A stretch of DNA of 64,000 nt from an uncultured Actinomycetes bacterium (GTDB taxonomy: Bacteria > Actinomycetota > Thermoleophilia > Gaiellales > JAICJC01). Made by a program: the position numbers and the translations under genes. Under the pieces are notes generated by a model, which was not told the origin of the DNA, ran no database searches, and saw nothing but the letters and a program-made list of their open reading frames with translations. Location: assembly GCA_963706075.1 (NCBI GenBank), contig CAVPLP010000001.1, positions 836,541-900,540 of the forward strand, read 5' to 3'. This document shows positions 16,747 to 26,644 of the stretch, in pieces (position 1 is the stretch's first letter; each line of letters begins with the position of its first letter).

Positions 16747-17898
16747 ATGGGGGACCGGACGATGGAGGCCTGGGTGATCCGGCCGGAGCGCCTCGGCGAC
16801 CCGGTCGACGCCATGCAGCTCGAGCAGATCGACGTGCCCGAGCCGGGCCCGGGCGAGGTGCTGGTGCGGGTCATGGCCGCGGGCGTGAACTACAACGGCG
16901 TCTGGGCGTCGCTCGGCCTTCCGGTCTCGATCTTCCGCTACACCGGCTACGACTTCCACATCGCCGGCTCCGACGCGTCGGGGATCGTCGAGCGCGTCGG
17001 GCCGGGCGTCACGCGGTGGGAGCCCGGCGACGAGGTCGTGATCCACTGCAACCAGAGCTGCGGCGAGTGCGCCGAGTGCAACGGCCTTGACCCGATGGCG
17101 TGCTCGCAGCAGAAGATCTGGGCCTACGAGACGAACTGGGGCAGCTTCGCCGAGTACTGCCTCGTGCAGTCCCAGCAGCTCCTGGTGAAGCCGGCACGGC
17201 TCACGTGGGAGGAGGCGGCGTCGTACGGCCTCACCTACTTCACCGCGTACCGGATGCTGGTCGACAGGGCCGGCGTCCGCGCCGGCGACAACGTGCTGGT
17301 CTGGGGCGCGGGCGGCGGCCTGGGGACGTTCGCCGTCCAGCTCTGCCGCCTCTACGGGGCCAACGCGATCGCCGTCGTGTCGTCGGACGACAAGCGCGAG
17401 CTCGTGACGACGCTCGGCGCGGCGGCGGTGCTCGACCGGCGCGACTTCGCCCTCCTCGACCCCGACACCGGCGAGCGCAACTTCGACGAGATCAAGCGGT
17501 TTGGCAAGGCGATCCGCGAGGTGACGGGCGGCACCGACGCCGACATCGTCTTCGAGCACGTCGGCGCGGCGACGTTCTTCACCTCGGTGTTCGTGTGCAA
17601 GACGTTCGGGACGATCGTGATCTGCGGGGCCACTTCGGGATTCCAGCTCGACTTCGACGTGCGCTACCTGTGGATGCGCCAGAAGACGATCCTCGGGAGC
17701 CACTTCGCGAACGCGTACGAGTGCCAGCGGGCCAACCAGCTGATCGCCGAGGGCAAGATCGAGCCGGTGCTGTCGCGCGTCTTCCCCTGGTCGGAGTGCC
17801 CCACCCCGCATCAGATGATGAAGGAGAACCAGCACGTCGGGAAGATGGTCGTGCTCGTGGGCGCCGAGCGCGAGGGCGAGGGGCGTCGCGATGGATGA
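16747..17898 (+). CDS. ccr: Crotonyl-CoA carboxylase/reductase-family enoyl-CoA reductase (short N-terminus)
   Basis: ORF 16747..17898. It is collinear with Streptomyces Ccr as I recall it (VMAAGVNYNGVW, IWAYETNWGSFAEY, VWGAGGGLG, DIVFEHVG, RYLWMRQKTILGSHFAN). At 383 aa it is shorter than the ~445 aa typical of the family. Confidence 0.75.
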   Translation: MGDRTMEAWVIRPERLGDPVDAMQLEQIDVPEPGPGEVLVRVMAAGVNYNGVWASLGLPVSIFRYTGYDFHIAGSDASGIVERVGPGVTRWEPGDEVVIHCNQSCGECAECNGLDPMACSQQKIWAYETNWGSFAEYCLVQSQQLLVKPARLTWEEAASYGLTYFTAYRMLVDRAGVRAGDNVLVWGAGGGLGTFAVQLCRLYGANAIAVVSSDDKRELVTTLGAAAVLDRRDFALLDPDTGERNFDEIKRFGKAIREVTGGTDADIVFEHVGAATFFTSVFVCKTFGTIVICGATSGFQLDFDVRYLWMRQKTILGSHFANAYECQRANQLIAEGKIEPVLSRVFPWSECPTPHQMMKENQHVGKMVVLVGAEREGEGRRDG

Positions 17899-19450
17899 GA
17901 AGCCGTTCGCGGGCCCCGGGGATGCGCCGCTCGACTACGAGCGCGACCTGGGCGACCCGGGATCGTTCCCCTTCACCCGCGGGATCCATCGCGACATGTA
18001 CGCAGGCCGGCCGTGGTCGATCCGCCAGTACGCCGGCTTCGGGACGGCCGCCGAGACCAACCGCCGCTTCCGGTTCCTGATCGATCAGGGCCAGCCCGGC
18101 CTCTCGACGGCCTTCGACCTCCCGACGCAGATGGGCCTCGACTCCGACGACCCGAGGGCCGAGGGCGAGGTGGGCCGGGTCGGGGTCGCGATCGACTCGA
18201 TCCGCGACATGGAGACCATGTTCGACGGCATCCCGCTCGACGAGGTCTCGACCTCGATGACGATCAACGCGCCGGCGGCCGTGCTGGTCGCGATGTACCA
18301 CGTCGCATGCCGGCGGCAGGGGCGCGACCCCGCGCGGATCCAGGGAACGGCCCAGAACGACGTCCTCAAGGAGTACGTGAGCCGCGGCACCTACATCTAC
18401 CCGCCCCGGCCGTCGCTTCGGCTCGCCGCCGACCTGATCGCGTGGACCGTCACCGCCGCGCCGAGGTTCAACGCGATCTCGCTCTCCGGGTACCACATGC
18501 GCGAGGCGGGCTGCACCGCGGCGCAGGAGATGGGCTTCGCCCTCGCAAACGCGATCGCCTACGTCGGGGCGGTGGTCGACCGCGGGGTGGGCGTCGACGA
18601 GTTCGCGCCGCGGCTCTCGTGGATCTTCAACACCCACATGGACTTCTTTGAGGAGATCGCCAAGTACCGGGCCCTGCGGCGGCTCTGGGCGCACGTCATG
18701 CGCGACCGCTTCGGCGCCTCTGACCCGCGCTCGATGATGCTGCGCACCCACACGCAGACCGCGGGATCGACGCTCACGCTCCAGCAGCCCGAGAACAACA
18801 TCGTGCGGGCCGCGATCCAGGCGCTTGCCGCGGCGCTGGGCGGCGTGCAGTCGATGGCGCTCTCGTGCTTCGACGAGGCCATCGCCATCCCGACCGAGCA
18901 CGCCCAGACGCTCGCGGTGCGCACGCAGCAGATGCTCCAGCACGAGTTCGGGATCACGAAGGCGGCCGATCCGCTGGGCGGGTCGTGGTACGTCGAGCGG
19001 CTGACCGACGAGCTCGAGTCCGAGGCGCGGCGCCTGATCGAGCACATCGACGAGCTCGGCGGAGCGGTCGCGGCGATCGAGTCGGGGTTCTACCAGCAGG
19101 TGATCGCCGACGAGGCGTACGAGCGCGAGCGCCGGATCGCGTCCGGCGAGGACGTCGTGGTCGGCGTCAACCGCTACGCCGACGAGGAGGTGCGCCTGCC
19201 TGAGCGGTTCGACGTGCCGGCCGACGTGGCCTCGGACCAGCGGGAGCGGCTGGCCGCGCTCCGCGCCGAACGCGACCAGCCGGCGGTCGATGCAGCGCTC
19301 GCGCGCCTCGTTGCCGTGGCGGGCGGCGAGGACAATGCGATGCCCGCAATCGTCGCCGCCGTCGACGCCGAGGCGTCGCTCGGGGAGATCTGCGGCGCCC
19401 TGCGCCAGGTGTTCGGCGACTACCGGCCGGCCGTGGCCGCGCAGATCTAG
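17891..19450 (+). CDS. Acyl-CoA (methylmalonyl/ethylmalonyl/isobutyryl-type) mutase, large catalytic subunit without a B12-binding domain
   Basis: ORF 17891..19450. Motifs FPFTRGIH, PWSIRQYAGFG, LSTAFDLPTQMG and HTQTAGSTLT. It ends before any DxHxxG cobalamin-binding domain. Confidence 0.88.
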   Translation: MDEKPFAGPGDAPLDYERDLGDPGSFPFTRGIHRDMYAGRPWSIRQYAGFGTAAETNRRFRFLIDQGQPGLSTAFDLPTQMGLDSDDPRAEGEVGRVGVAIDSIRDMETMFDGIPLDEVSTSMTINAPAAVLVAMYHVACRRQGRDPARIQGTAQNDVLKEYVSRGTYIYPPRPSLRLAADLIAWTVTAAPRFNAISLSGYHMREAGCTAAQEMGFALANAIAYVGAVVDRGVGVDEFAPRLSWIFNTHMDFFEEIAKYRALRRLWAHVMRDRFGASDPRSMMLRTHTQTAGSTLTLQQPENNIVRAAIQALAAALGGVQSMALSCFDEAIAIPTEHAQTLAVRTQQMLQHEFGITKAADPLGGSWYVERLTDELESEARRLIEHIDELGGAVAAIESGFYQQVIADEAYERERRIASGEDVVVGVNRYADEEVRLPERFDVPADVASDQRERLAALRAERDQPAVDAALARLVAVAGGEDNAMPAIVAAVDAEASLGEICGALRQVFGDYRPAVAAQI

Positions 19451-19547
19451 ACCGATGGGCGCCGAAACGGGCATGGACGGCGCGGAAGGGGCACCCGCAG
19501 CGATTGAGGCGGTTTTGCAGGATGGCTTGCGCTATCATCTCCCGCCC

Positions 19548-20192
19548 GTGAGCGCCGTTCCCGAAATGCCGGCACCGCTCGAACGTGCGCTCCGGCAGCT
19601 TCAAGCCGGTGGGATGGTCATCGTTTGCGATGATCCCGACCGCGAGGACGAGGGCGATCTGTGCATGGCCGCCGAGTTCGTGACGGCCAAGGCCGTGACG
19701 TTCATGGCGTGCCAGGCCCGCGGCCTGATCTGCCTCTCGCTCCCCGAGGAGCGCTGCGAGGAGCTCGAGCTGCCCCTCATGGTGCCTGCCAGGAACGGAA
19801 GCGACGCGACCGGCTTCTGCGTCTCGATCGAGGCGGCCACGGGCGTGACCACGGGGATCTCCGCCGCCGACCGCGCCCGAACCATCCAGGTCGCGGTCGA
19901 TCCGGCCACCGGCCCCGACGACCTCGTCCGGCCCGGCCATGTCTTCCCGCTTCGGGCCCGCACGCGCGGCGTGCTCGAGCGGCGCGGGCAGACCGAGGCG
20001 GCCGTCGACCTGACGCGGCTCGCCGGCCTCACGCCGGGCGGCGTCCTGTGCGAGGTCATGAACGACGACGGCACGATGGCCCGCGGCCCGCAGCTGCTCG
20101 CCTTCTCGCGCCGCCACACGCTGCCCGTGGTCACGGTCGACGAGATCGCGACCTACCTGCGCAGCAGCGCTCCGGCGATCTCCGCCGTCTGA
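19548..20192 (+). CDS. ribB: 3,4-dihydroxy-2-butanone-4-phosphate synthase
   Basis: C-terminal part of ORF 19290..20192 (MVIVCDDPDREDEGDLCMAAE, GHVFPLRA, RRGQTEAAVDL). The start is uncertain: GTG 19548, or ATG 19455 in frame. Confidence 0.85.
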   Translation: MSAVPEMPAPLERALRQLQAGGMVIVCDDPDREDEGDLCMAAEFVTAKAVTFMACQARGLICLSLPEERCEELELPLMVPARNGSDATGFCVSIEAATGVTTGISAADRARTIQVAVDPATGPDDLVRPGHVFPLRARTRGVLERRGQTEAAVDLTRLAGLTPGGVLCEVMNDDGTMARGPQLLAFSRRHTLPVVTVDEIATYLRSSAPAISAV

Positions 20193-20193
20193 G

Positions 20194-21370
20194 CTACCAC
20201 CAGTCGAGCGTCGGGAAGCCGCGCCCGGCGCCGTCGATGCACCGCTCGAGGAGCAGCGCCGCACCGATGTCGCCTGTCCACAGCGCGTAGCGCCCGTCTG
20301 CGGCCTCGACCTGGGCCGCGGCGTGCATCGCGAAGGCGCGGGCCCGCTCCAGCCAGAGCTCGTCGCCCGTGCGGTGAAACAGCGCCAGGAGGGCGAAGCC
20401 GTTCCCGGCCGTGCCGTGGCACAGGCCGTGGCCCTTGCTGAGCGGTCCGGCCCGCCAGACGAGCTCGCCGCCGGCGACCAGGATCCGCGTCAGCTCGGCG
20501 TCCTTCGGCTGGGCCGCGGCGAACGCCGTCACGATGCCGGGCGCACCGTGGCACCACTGGACGCGGATCGTCTGATCCGGGATCTGAAGCGGCCCACCGG
20601 TGTGCGGCGGCCAGTTGGCCGTCTCGTGAGTGCCAATTGCCTGGTCGAGCACGATTCGGGCGAACCCGGCGGCGAGCCCGGCCGCGTCGTCGAGCAGATC
20701 CGGCCGGCCGAGGAGGGCGTGCGCGTTCCCGGCGAAGCCGTGGCCGGCACCGAAGTACCGGGTCGTCGCGCCGTACATCTGCTGCGTCCAGCAGCCGTCC
20801 GGGTCGCGGACATCGAGGAGCTGGGCTGCGCTTCGCCGCCAGAGCTCGGCGAAGCGCTCCTCGCCGCCGCGCTCGATCATCGCCGCCGCCGCGAGCATCG
20901 TGCCGGGGCTTCCCCACAGGAGCTCGTTCGTCTCGTTCCCCACGTTGGCGGCGATCTCGAGCGCCAGGAGGTCGGCGGTCTCGGCCGACGGCTGAAGCAG
21001 CCACGCGACGAGCAGGATCCCCGCCCGCCCGACGAGGAGCGACGGTGGAAGAGGCGCGGCCCGCGACGCGATGTCCGTCGCGACGCCGGCCCAGTCCCGC
21101 TGGGGCGCATGCACGCCGGCCTGCGCCAGCCGGTCGAGAGCCCACACCATGCCCGCGCCGCCCAGGTAGACCGTCAGGAGCTCGTCGGGCGCGACCGCGC
21201 CGTCGAGCGGATGAGCCGGCCATCGCCGCTCGGCGTCATCGAACGCCGCCTCTGCGTCGCGGCAGATGCGCGCGATCGCGTCACGCGCCGCCGCCTCGCT
21301 CCCACGCCGCGCCGGCGAGCGCCTCGTGCGCCTCGGGTGACCAGAGGGCGTCAGGCGACGGGCGCGCCAC
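20194..21370 (-). CDS. LanC-like (lanthionine synthetase C-like) protein; 5' end unresolved, possibly frameshifted
   Basis: ORF 20194..21717 carries the LanC signatures WCHGAPG and GLCHGTAGNG. There is no plausible start in that frame near 21300. A GTG at 21370 opens a protein-like 29-codon frame (VARPSPDALWSPEAHEALAGAAWERGGGA) that stops at 21281. Joining the two frames around 21284-21300 gives a sensible N-terminus. Confidence 0.7.
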
Positions 21371-22460
21371 TGTGCGACGCGATGAGCTCCTTGGCGTCGT
21401 TCACGTCGTCGGATCGGTTCACGCCCAGGCAGGCCGTGACCCTGTCGTCGCCGTCGAGGTAGTAGGCGACGAAGTCGTCGCCGTCCATCGAGCCGCGGAT
21501 GTCCACCCGGCCCGACCCCGGCCCGACGTACTCGAACCACGTCCAGTCGCCGATGTCGCTGAAGAAGTAGGGGACGGTCGTGTAGGGCTTGGACTCCTTC
21601 CCGGCCCAGGTCTTGCCGACGTACGCCCCCTGGTTCAGGGCGACGTCCCAGTGCTCGATCCGCAGGCGCCGGCCGTGGACGACGCTCTGGTAGGCGGCGA
21701 TGTCGCCGACCGCCCACACGTCGTCGGTTGCGCGGAGGTGCTCGTCGACGTGGACGCCGTTGTCGACGGTGAGCCCGGCAGCCTCGGCGAGCTGCGTGTT
21801 CGGCGTGACGCCGATCCCCGCCAGCGTCACGGTGTAGTCACCCTCCGGGAGCTGGGTCGTCCCGGTGTTGACGTTGACGCCGTGCTCCCTCAGCTGGCGC
21901 TCGAAGTACACCGCGACCTCGGCGCCGAACAGGTGCTCCCAGACGACGCTCTCGGGGACGGCCATCGTCACGTCCCAGCCCTTCATCCGAGCCGACGCCG
22001 CGGCCTCGACGCCGATGAAGCCGCCGCCGATCACGCCCAGGTGCCCCTTCGAGGCCTCGAGCATGTCGGCGAGCGCCTGGGAGTCGTCGATCGTGCGGAT
22101 CGAGCGCGCGCCGGGCAGCTCCCGCGGTGTCGCACCTGTCGCGAGGACGAGCCGCTCGTACTCGACCGCCTCGCCGTCGGAGAGGGCGATGCTCCTCGCG
22201 CCCATGTCGACGGCCGTCGCGCTGACCCCGGTCCGCACCTCGACCTCGTGGTTCTCCCACCACTCGGCCGGGTGCATGTAGACCTCCTCGGCCGGCTTCT
22301 CGCCTCGGAGGAACTCCTTCGTGAGCGGTGGGCGGTGGTAGGGGACGTGCGCTTCCCGCGCGATCAGGAGGACGGACCCGTCGCCGCCCTGTTCCCGATA
22401 CTCCTGCGCGACCATCCCGCCGGCGAGACCCCCGCCGACGATCACGTTCTGATACCGCAT
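21351..22460 (-). CDS. FAD-dependent pyridine nucleotide-disulfide oxidoreductase (ferredoxin-reductase type)
   Basis: Within ORF 21351..22571; start at MRYQNVIVGGGLAGG (ATG 22460). Second dinucleotide fold GVIGGGFIGVEAA; AVGDIA motif. Confidence 0.85.
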   Translation of the reverse strand: MRYQNVIVGGGLAGGMVAQEYREQGGDGSVLLIAREAHVPYHRPPLTKEFLRGEKPAEEVYMHPAEWWENHEVEVRTGVSATAVDMGARSIALSDGEAVEYERLVLATGATPRELPGARSIRTIDDSQALADMLEASKGHLGVIGGGFIGVEAAASARMKGWDVTMAVPESVVWEHLFGAEVAVYFERQLREHGVNVNTGTTQLPEGDYTVTLAGIGVTPNTQLAEAAGLTVDNGVHVDEHLRATDDVWAVGDIAAYQSVVHGRRLRIEHWDVALNQGAYVGKTWAGKESKPYTTVPYFFSDIGDWTWFEYVGPGSGRVDIRGSMDGDDFVAYYLDGDDRVTACLGVNRSDDVNDAKELIASHSGAPVA

Positions 22461-22479
22461 AGGTCCCCGTCCCCTTTCG

Positions 22480-23568
22480 CTACGTGCTGGGCTCCCAGCG
22501 GAACATGCGCAGCGAGACCGCCGCAAGCACCGCCGTTGCGGCCAAGAGTACCCCGATGTCGCCCGCCACATGCGTGAGTGAGAGACCGCGCACCGTCGTG
22601 TCGCGCAGGCCGTTGGCCAGGTAGTAGAGGGGGAGCACGCGGGCGATCGACTGCACGAACGCCGGCATCGCCGCCACCGGGAAGAACACCCCCGAGAGGA
22701 ACATCATCGGGTTCGTGACGACGTTCGAGACCGCGTCGCCGGTCTCCGGGTTCGACACCATCGACCCGATGGTGAATCCCATCGCCAGGAAGCACAGGCA
22801 GCCGGCCAGCGCGACCGGGATCGCGGCCCAGGCCGTCGACGAGATGTGGATCCCGAACACGAACCGGCCGAACGCGAGCAGCACGACGACCTGCATCACC
22901 GCGACCACGAGGGACGCCGCGATCCGGGCGGCGAAGAACTCGGCCAGCGGGATCGGAGTCAGCTTGAGGCGGCGCAGGATCCCGCGCTGTCGCCAGTCGA
23001 CGAGGACCGTCGACAGGCCGATCACCGCCGAGATCATGATCGAGAGCGCGACGATGCCGGGCAGCAGGAAGTCGATGTAGCTGAGCGAGGCCGAGTCGAC
23101 CGAGAGCGCCTGGAACCGAAGCGCGGGCGGGCCGCCGGTCGCCGCGATCGAGACCCGGTCGGCGGCGCCGAAGACGATCCCCTTGAGGATGCCGGCCTGC
23201 GTCGCTGACGTGTTCGACGTGTAGAGCTTGGCGGCGTACGACCCGTCGGGCCTCTGAGTGAAGACGAGCGCGGCGTCCTCATCGCCGTCCTTCACCTTCT
23301 TGATCGCCGTCGCGGCGTCGGGGGAGGTCTTGACCGTAAGGCCCTTCGTCTGCTCGAGCGCCGCCACCATCGCCTTCGGCGCGGCCGCGGTCACGGGCTG
23401 CGCGATCACGATGTCGCCCGCGTTCACCGACCGGCCGAACAGGAGGCCGAGCAGCGTCATCAGGATCATCGGGAAGACGAGCGACCAGAAGAGCGTGATC
23501 CGGCGCCGGAAGGTCATCCGAAGCTGGGCGAGAGCCGTCGAGAGGAAGCGGCTGAAGTTGAAGCTCAT
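22480..23568 (-). CDS. ABC-2-type exporter permease
   Basis: Within ORF 22480..23919; start at MSFNFSRFLSTALAQLRMTFRRR (ATG 23568), which overlaps the ATPase stop (ATGA). It has a large extracytoplasmic loop followed by 5 TM helices. Confidence 0.8.
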   Translation of the reverse strand: MSFNFSRFLSTALAQLRMTFRRRITLFWSLVFPMILMTLLGLLFGRSVNAGDIVIAQPVTAAAPKAMVAALEQTKGLTVKTSPDAATAIKKVKDGDEDAALVFTQRPDGSYAAKLYTSNTSATQAGILKGIVFGAADRVSIAATGGPPALRFQALSVDSASLSYIDFLLPGIVALSIMISAVIGLSTVLVDWRQRGILRRLKLTPIPLAEFFAARIAASLVVAVMQVVVLLAFGRFVFGIHISSTAWAAIPVALAGCLCFLAMGFTIGSMVSNPETGDAVSNVVTNPMMFLSGVFFPVAAMPAFVQSIARVLPLYYLANGLRDTTVRGLSLTHVAGDIGVLLAATAVLAAVSLRMFRWEPST

Positions 23569-24440
23569 TCGCGGTACTCGCGTCCGGTGAGGCTCAGGAA
23601 GACGTCCTCGAGGTCGGCGCCCTTGACGGCCAGGTTGTGCACCGTCTCGCCGTTCGCGCGCGCGGCCTCGAGCACCTCGAGCACGGTGGCCTGCGCGTCG
23701 CGCACGTAGACCGCGTGGTCGCCGGCCGAGTCGGTGTACGAGACGCGGGCGTCGGCGTCGAGCCTGTCGATCAGCCCCGCGGGCGTGTCGAGAGCCACGA
23801 TCCGGGCCTCGTCCATGATGGCGACCCGCTCGCAGAGCTCCTCGGCCTCCTCGAGGTAGTGCGTCGTCAGGACGACCGTCTTCCCGTGCTCCTGGTTGAT
23901 CGAGCGGATCACGTCCCACAGGTTCCGCCTGGCCTGGGGGTCCAGGCCGGTCGTCGGCTCGTCGAGGAACACGACCTCGGGGTCATGCACGAGCGCGAGG
24001 GCGATCGCGAGCCGCTGCTGCTGGCCGCCTGAGAGGTTCTTGGCGTAGTCGCCGCCCTTGGCCTCGAGGCCGACCTGGGCGAGCGCCTTGCGCGCCTGTT
24101 CCGACGCGTCCGCCCGCAGATAGAACCGGGCGAAGAGCTCGAGCAGCTCCTGCGCCGTCAGCATGTCGAAGAGCGACGTCGTCTGGAGCTGGACGCCGAT
24201 CCTGGACTGGATGCGGCGCGGGTCAGGCCAGACGTTCTCGCCGAGGACAGTGATCTCGCCGGAGTCGGGCTTGCGCAGGCCCTCGATCATCTCGAGGGTC
24301 GTGGTCTTGCCGGCGCCGTTCGGGCCGAGGATCCCGAACGCCTCCCCCCGCTTCACCGAGAACGACACGCCGTCGACGGCGACGTGCGACCCGTACCGCT
24401 TGGTGAGCCCTTCCACCTCGATCGCCGCGGTGCCCTCCAT
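23565..24440 (-). CDS. ABC transporter ATP-binding protein (daunorubicin/DrrA-like)
   Basis: Within ORF 23565..24980; start at MEGTAAIEVEGLTKRYG (ATG 24440). Walker A GPNGAGKTT, signature LSGGQQQR, Walker B VVFLDEPTTGLD. Confidence 0.9.
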   Translation of the reverse strand: MEGTAAIEVEGLTKRYGSHVAVDGVSFSVKRGEAFGILGPNGAGKTTTLEMIEGLRKPDSGEITVLGENVWPDPRRIQSRIGVQLQTTSLFDMLTAQELLELFARFYLRADASEQARKALAQVGLEAKGGDYAKNLSGGQQQRLAIALALVHDPEVVFLDEPTTGLDPQARRNLWDVIRSINQEHGKTVVLTTHYLEEAEELCERVAIMDEARIVALDTPAGLIDRLDADARVSYTDSAGDHAVYVRDAQATVLEVLEAARANGETVHNLAVKGADLEDVFLSLTGREYRE

Positions 24441-24478
24441 GCGGGCGCGGATGATAGTCCTGCCCCGGCCGGCGGGAG

Positions 24479-24980
24479 TCAGCGGTCGGAGAGGCGTCCG
24501 TCCGTCAGGACGACCGACGTCTCGATCTGCCTGTCGGGGATGCTCCAGTAGGTCCGAAGCAGCACCGTCTTTCGCTCCGGCGAGACGAGCTCGAAGCCGT
24601 GGCGCTCGTAGAAGCGGATCGCCCAGTCGGCCGCGGCCCAGGTGCCGACGAGCATCGGCCGGTCGCCGAGGCCGCGGAGGTGGGCCAGGAGCGCGCTGCC
24701 GACGCCGCCGCGCTGGCGGCCGGGCATGACGTAGGCGTGCCGTACGAGGTCGACGTCGCCGACGGCCTGGATGCCCATCACGCCGACCAGGTCGCTCGTC
24801 CTCCTCGTAGCCCCAGAAGGCGACGCCGGCGGCGATCTCGGCGTCGAGCTCGGCCGCCTCCATGTAGGGCTCGTGCCAGCGGTCGGCGGGGATCACCCCG
24901 CGGTAGGCCTCGGCGGCCGAGTTCACGATGGCGAGGACGGCCGGGCGCTCGTCGTCACGGCACGGGCGGATGTCGCCCAT
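24479..24980 (-). pseudogene. GNAT-family N-acetyltransferase, frameshifted as sequenced
   Basis: The N-terminus MGDIRPCRDDERPAVLAIVNSAAEAYRGVIP...VAFWGYEED is in the frame of ORF 23565..24980. The rest, DLVGVMGIQAVGDVDLVRHAYVMPGRQRGGVGSALL...FYERHGFE, is in ORF 24479..24781. The join lies near 24788-24798. Confidence 0.7.
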
Positions 24981-24984
24981 CGGC

Positions 24985-25467
24985 CTAGGAGGGCCGCTTC
25001 GGCACGAGCACCTTGCGGCGAAACTCGCACACGATCTCGCCGCGCTGGTTCTCGCCGACCGTGTCGACCGTCACCACGCCGCGGTCGGGCTTCGACCGGG
25101 ACTCCACCTTGTCGACCACCGTCGTCCGCGCGTAGATCGTGTCGCCGTGGAAGGTGGGCTTCGCGTGCTTCAGCGACTCGACCTCGAGGTTCGCGATCGC
25201 CTTCCCCGACACGTCGGGCACGCTCATCCCGAGCACGAGCGAGTAGACGAGGTTCCCGACGACGACGTTCTTGCCGAACTGCGTCTCGGTCTCGGCGTAG
25301 TGGGCGTCGGTGTGAAGCGGATGGTGGTTCATCGTGATCATGCAGAACAGGTGGTCGTCGGCCTCGGTGATGGTCTTGCCGGGCCAGTGCCTGTACACGT
25401 CGCCGACCTCGAAGTCGTCGAAGTAGCGGCCGAACCGCGTCTCGCGGGCGTCGAACTCGCGGCTCAC
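24985..25467 (-). CDS. MaoC-like (R)-specific enoyl-CoA hydratase/dehydratase, single hot-dog
   Basis: ORF 24985..25467 with MaoC motifs (TITEADDHLFCMITMNHHPLHTD, hot-dog core). Its GTG start overlaps the upstream stop (GTGA). Confidence 0.85.
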   Translation of the reverse strand: MSREFDARETRFGRYFDDFEVGDVYRHWPGKTITEADDHLFCMITMNHHPLHTDAHYAETETQFGKNVVVGNLVYSLVLGMSVPDVSGKAIANLEVESLKHAKPTFHGDTIYARTTVVDKVESRSKPDRGVVTVDTVGENQRGEIVCEFRRKVLVPKRPS

Positions 25468-26644
25468 AGCGCGTTCCTCTGGAGCAGGCCGCGGGCGATG
25501 ATCAGCTTCTGGATCTCGGACGTGCCCTCGCCGATCAGGAGCAGCGGCGCGTCACGGTAGAGGCGCTCGATCTCGTACTCCTTGGAGTAGCCGTAGCCGC
25601 CGTGGATGCGCAGAGCGTCCTCGACGACCTCGTTGCAGATCTCGGTCGCGAAGAGCTTGGCCATCCCGGCCTCGACGTCGGAGCGCTCGCCCGCGTCCTT
25701 CTTGCGGGCGGCCGAGAGCATGAGCAGGCGGGCGGCCTCGATCTTGGTGCCCATCTCGGCGAGCTTGAACTGGATCGCCTGATGCTTGGCGATCGGGCGC
25801 CCGAACGCCTCCCGCTCCTGCGCGTAGCGGATCGCGATGTCGAACGCCCGCTGGGCGACGCCGACGCCGCGCGCCGCCACGTTCACGCGGCCGACCTCGA
25901 TGCCCGACATCATCTGCTGGAAGCCGTGCCCCTCCTCGCCGCCGAGCAGGTTGGCCGCGGGCACGCGGTGGTCGGCGAAGACGAGCTCGGTGGTCTCGAC
26001 GCCCTTGTAGCCGAGCTTCTGGAGCTGGGGCGGGATCGTGAGGCCGCCCTCCTTCGACGCGCCGGCTTCCTTCTCGACGAGCAGGCAGCTCATGCCGCGG
26101 TGGGCCGGCGTCGCGGCGGGTCGGTCTTGACGAGGGTCGCGACCATCCCGGCCCGGAGGCCGTTCGTCACCCACATCTTCTGCCCGTTCACGACGTAGTC
26201 GGACCCGTCGAGGGCGGCCGTCGAGCGGATCGCCTGGACGTCGGATCCGCACTCCGGCTCGGTCATCGAGAAGGCGCAGCGCATCTCTCCGGTCGCCATG
26301 CGCGGCAGGAAGCGCTCGCGCTGCTCCTCGGTGCCGTCGCGCATCAGCATGTCGGCGACGATGAAGTGGGTGTTCACGATCCCCGACACGCTCATCCAGC
26401 CCCGCGAGAGCTCGCAGACGGCCAGCGCGTACGTCGTCAGGTCGAGGCCGAGCCCGCCGTACTCCTCGGGGATCGTGAAGCCGAAGATGCCGAGCTCCTT
26501 CAGCCCCTCGACGATGTCGTCGGGGAACGCGTCCGCGTGCTCGAGCTCCGAGGCGACCGGGATGATCCGCTCGTCGGCGAACTGGCGGACGAGGTCGACG
26601 ATCTCGCGCTGCTCGTCGGTGAGCTGATCGAGAGCCAGGCTCAT
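25464..26644 (-). pseudogene. Acyl-CoA dehydrogenase, frameshifted as sequenced
   Basis: The N-terminal half, MSLALDQLTDEQREIVDLVRQFADE...FSMTEPECGSDV...MVATLVKTDP, is the tail of ORF 26090..27343. The C-terminal half, AATPAHRGMSCLLVEKE...EGTSEIQKLIIARGLL, is in ORF 25464..26252. One nucleotide appears to be missing near 26111-26122 (GACCCGCC). Confidence 0.8.

Noticed and set aside
19451-19547. Possible FMN (RFN) riboswitch upstream of ribB.
   Set aside because: I looked for the conserved GGGTGAAATTCC.../CCGACGGT.../GTCCGGATG blocks. None is present in the ~100 nt between the mutase stop and the ribB start. The region may instead be an N-terminal extension of ribB, since ATG 19455 is in frame.
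20194-21370. Lanthipeptide biosynthetic gene cluster, suggested by the LanC-like gene.
   Set aside because: No dehydratase (LanB, LanM, LanKC or LanL) is present. There is no short Cys/Ser/Thr-rich precursor ORF and no leader protease in the flanking 10 kb. A stand-alone LanC-like protein is more plausible.
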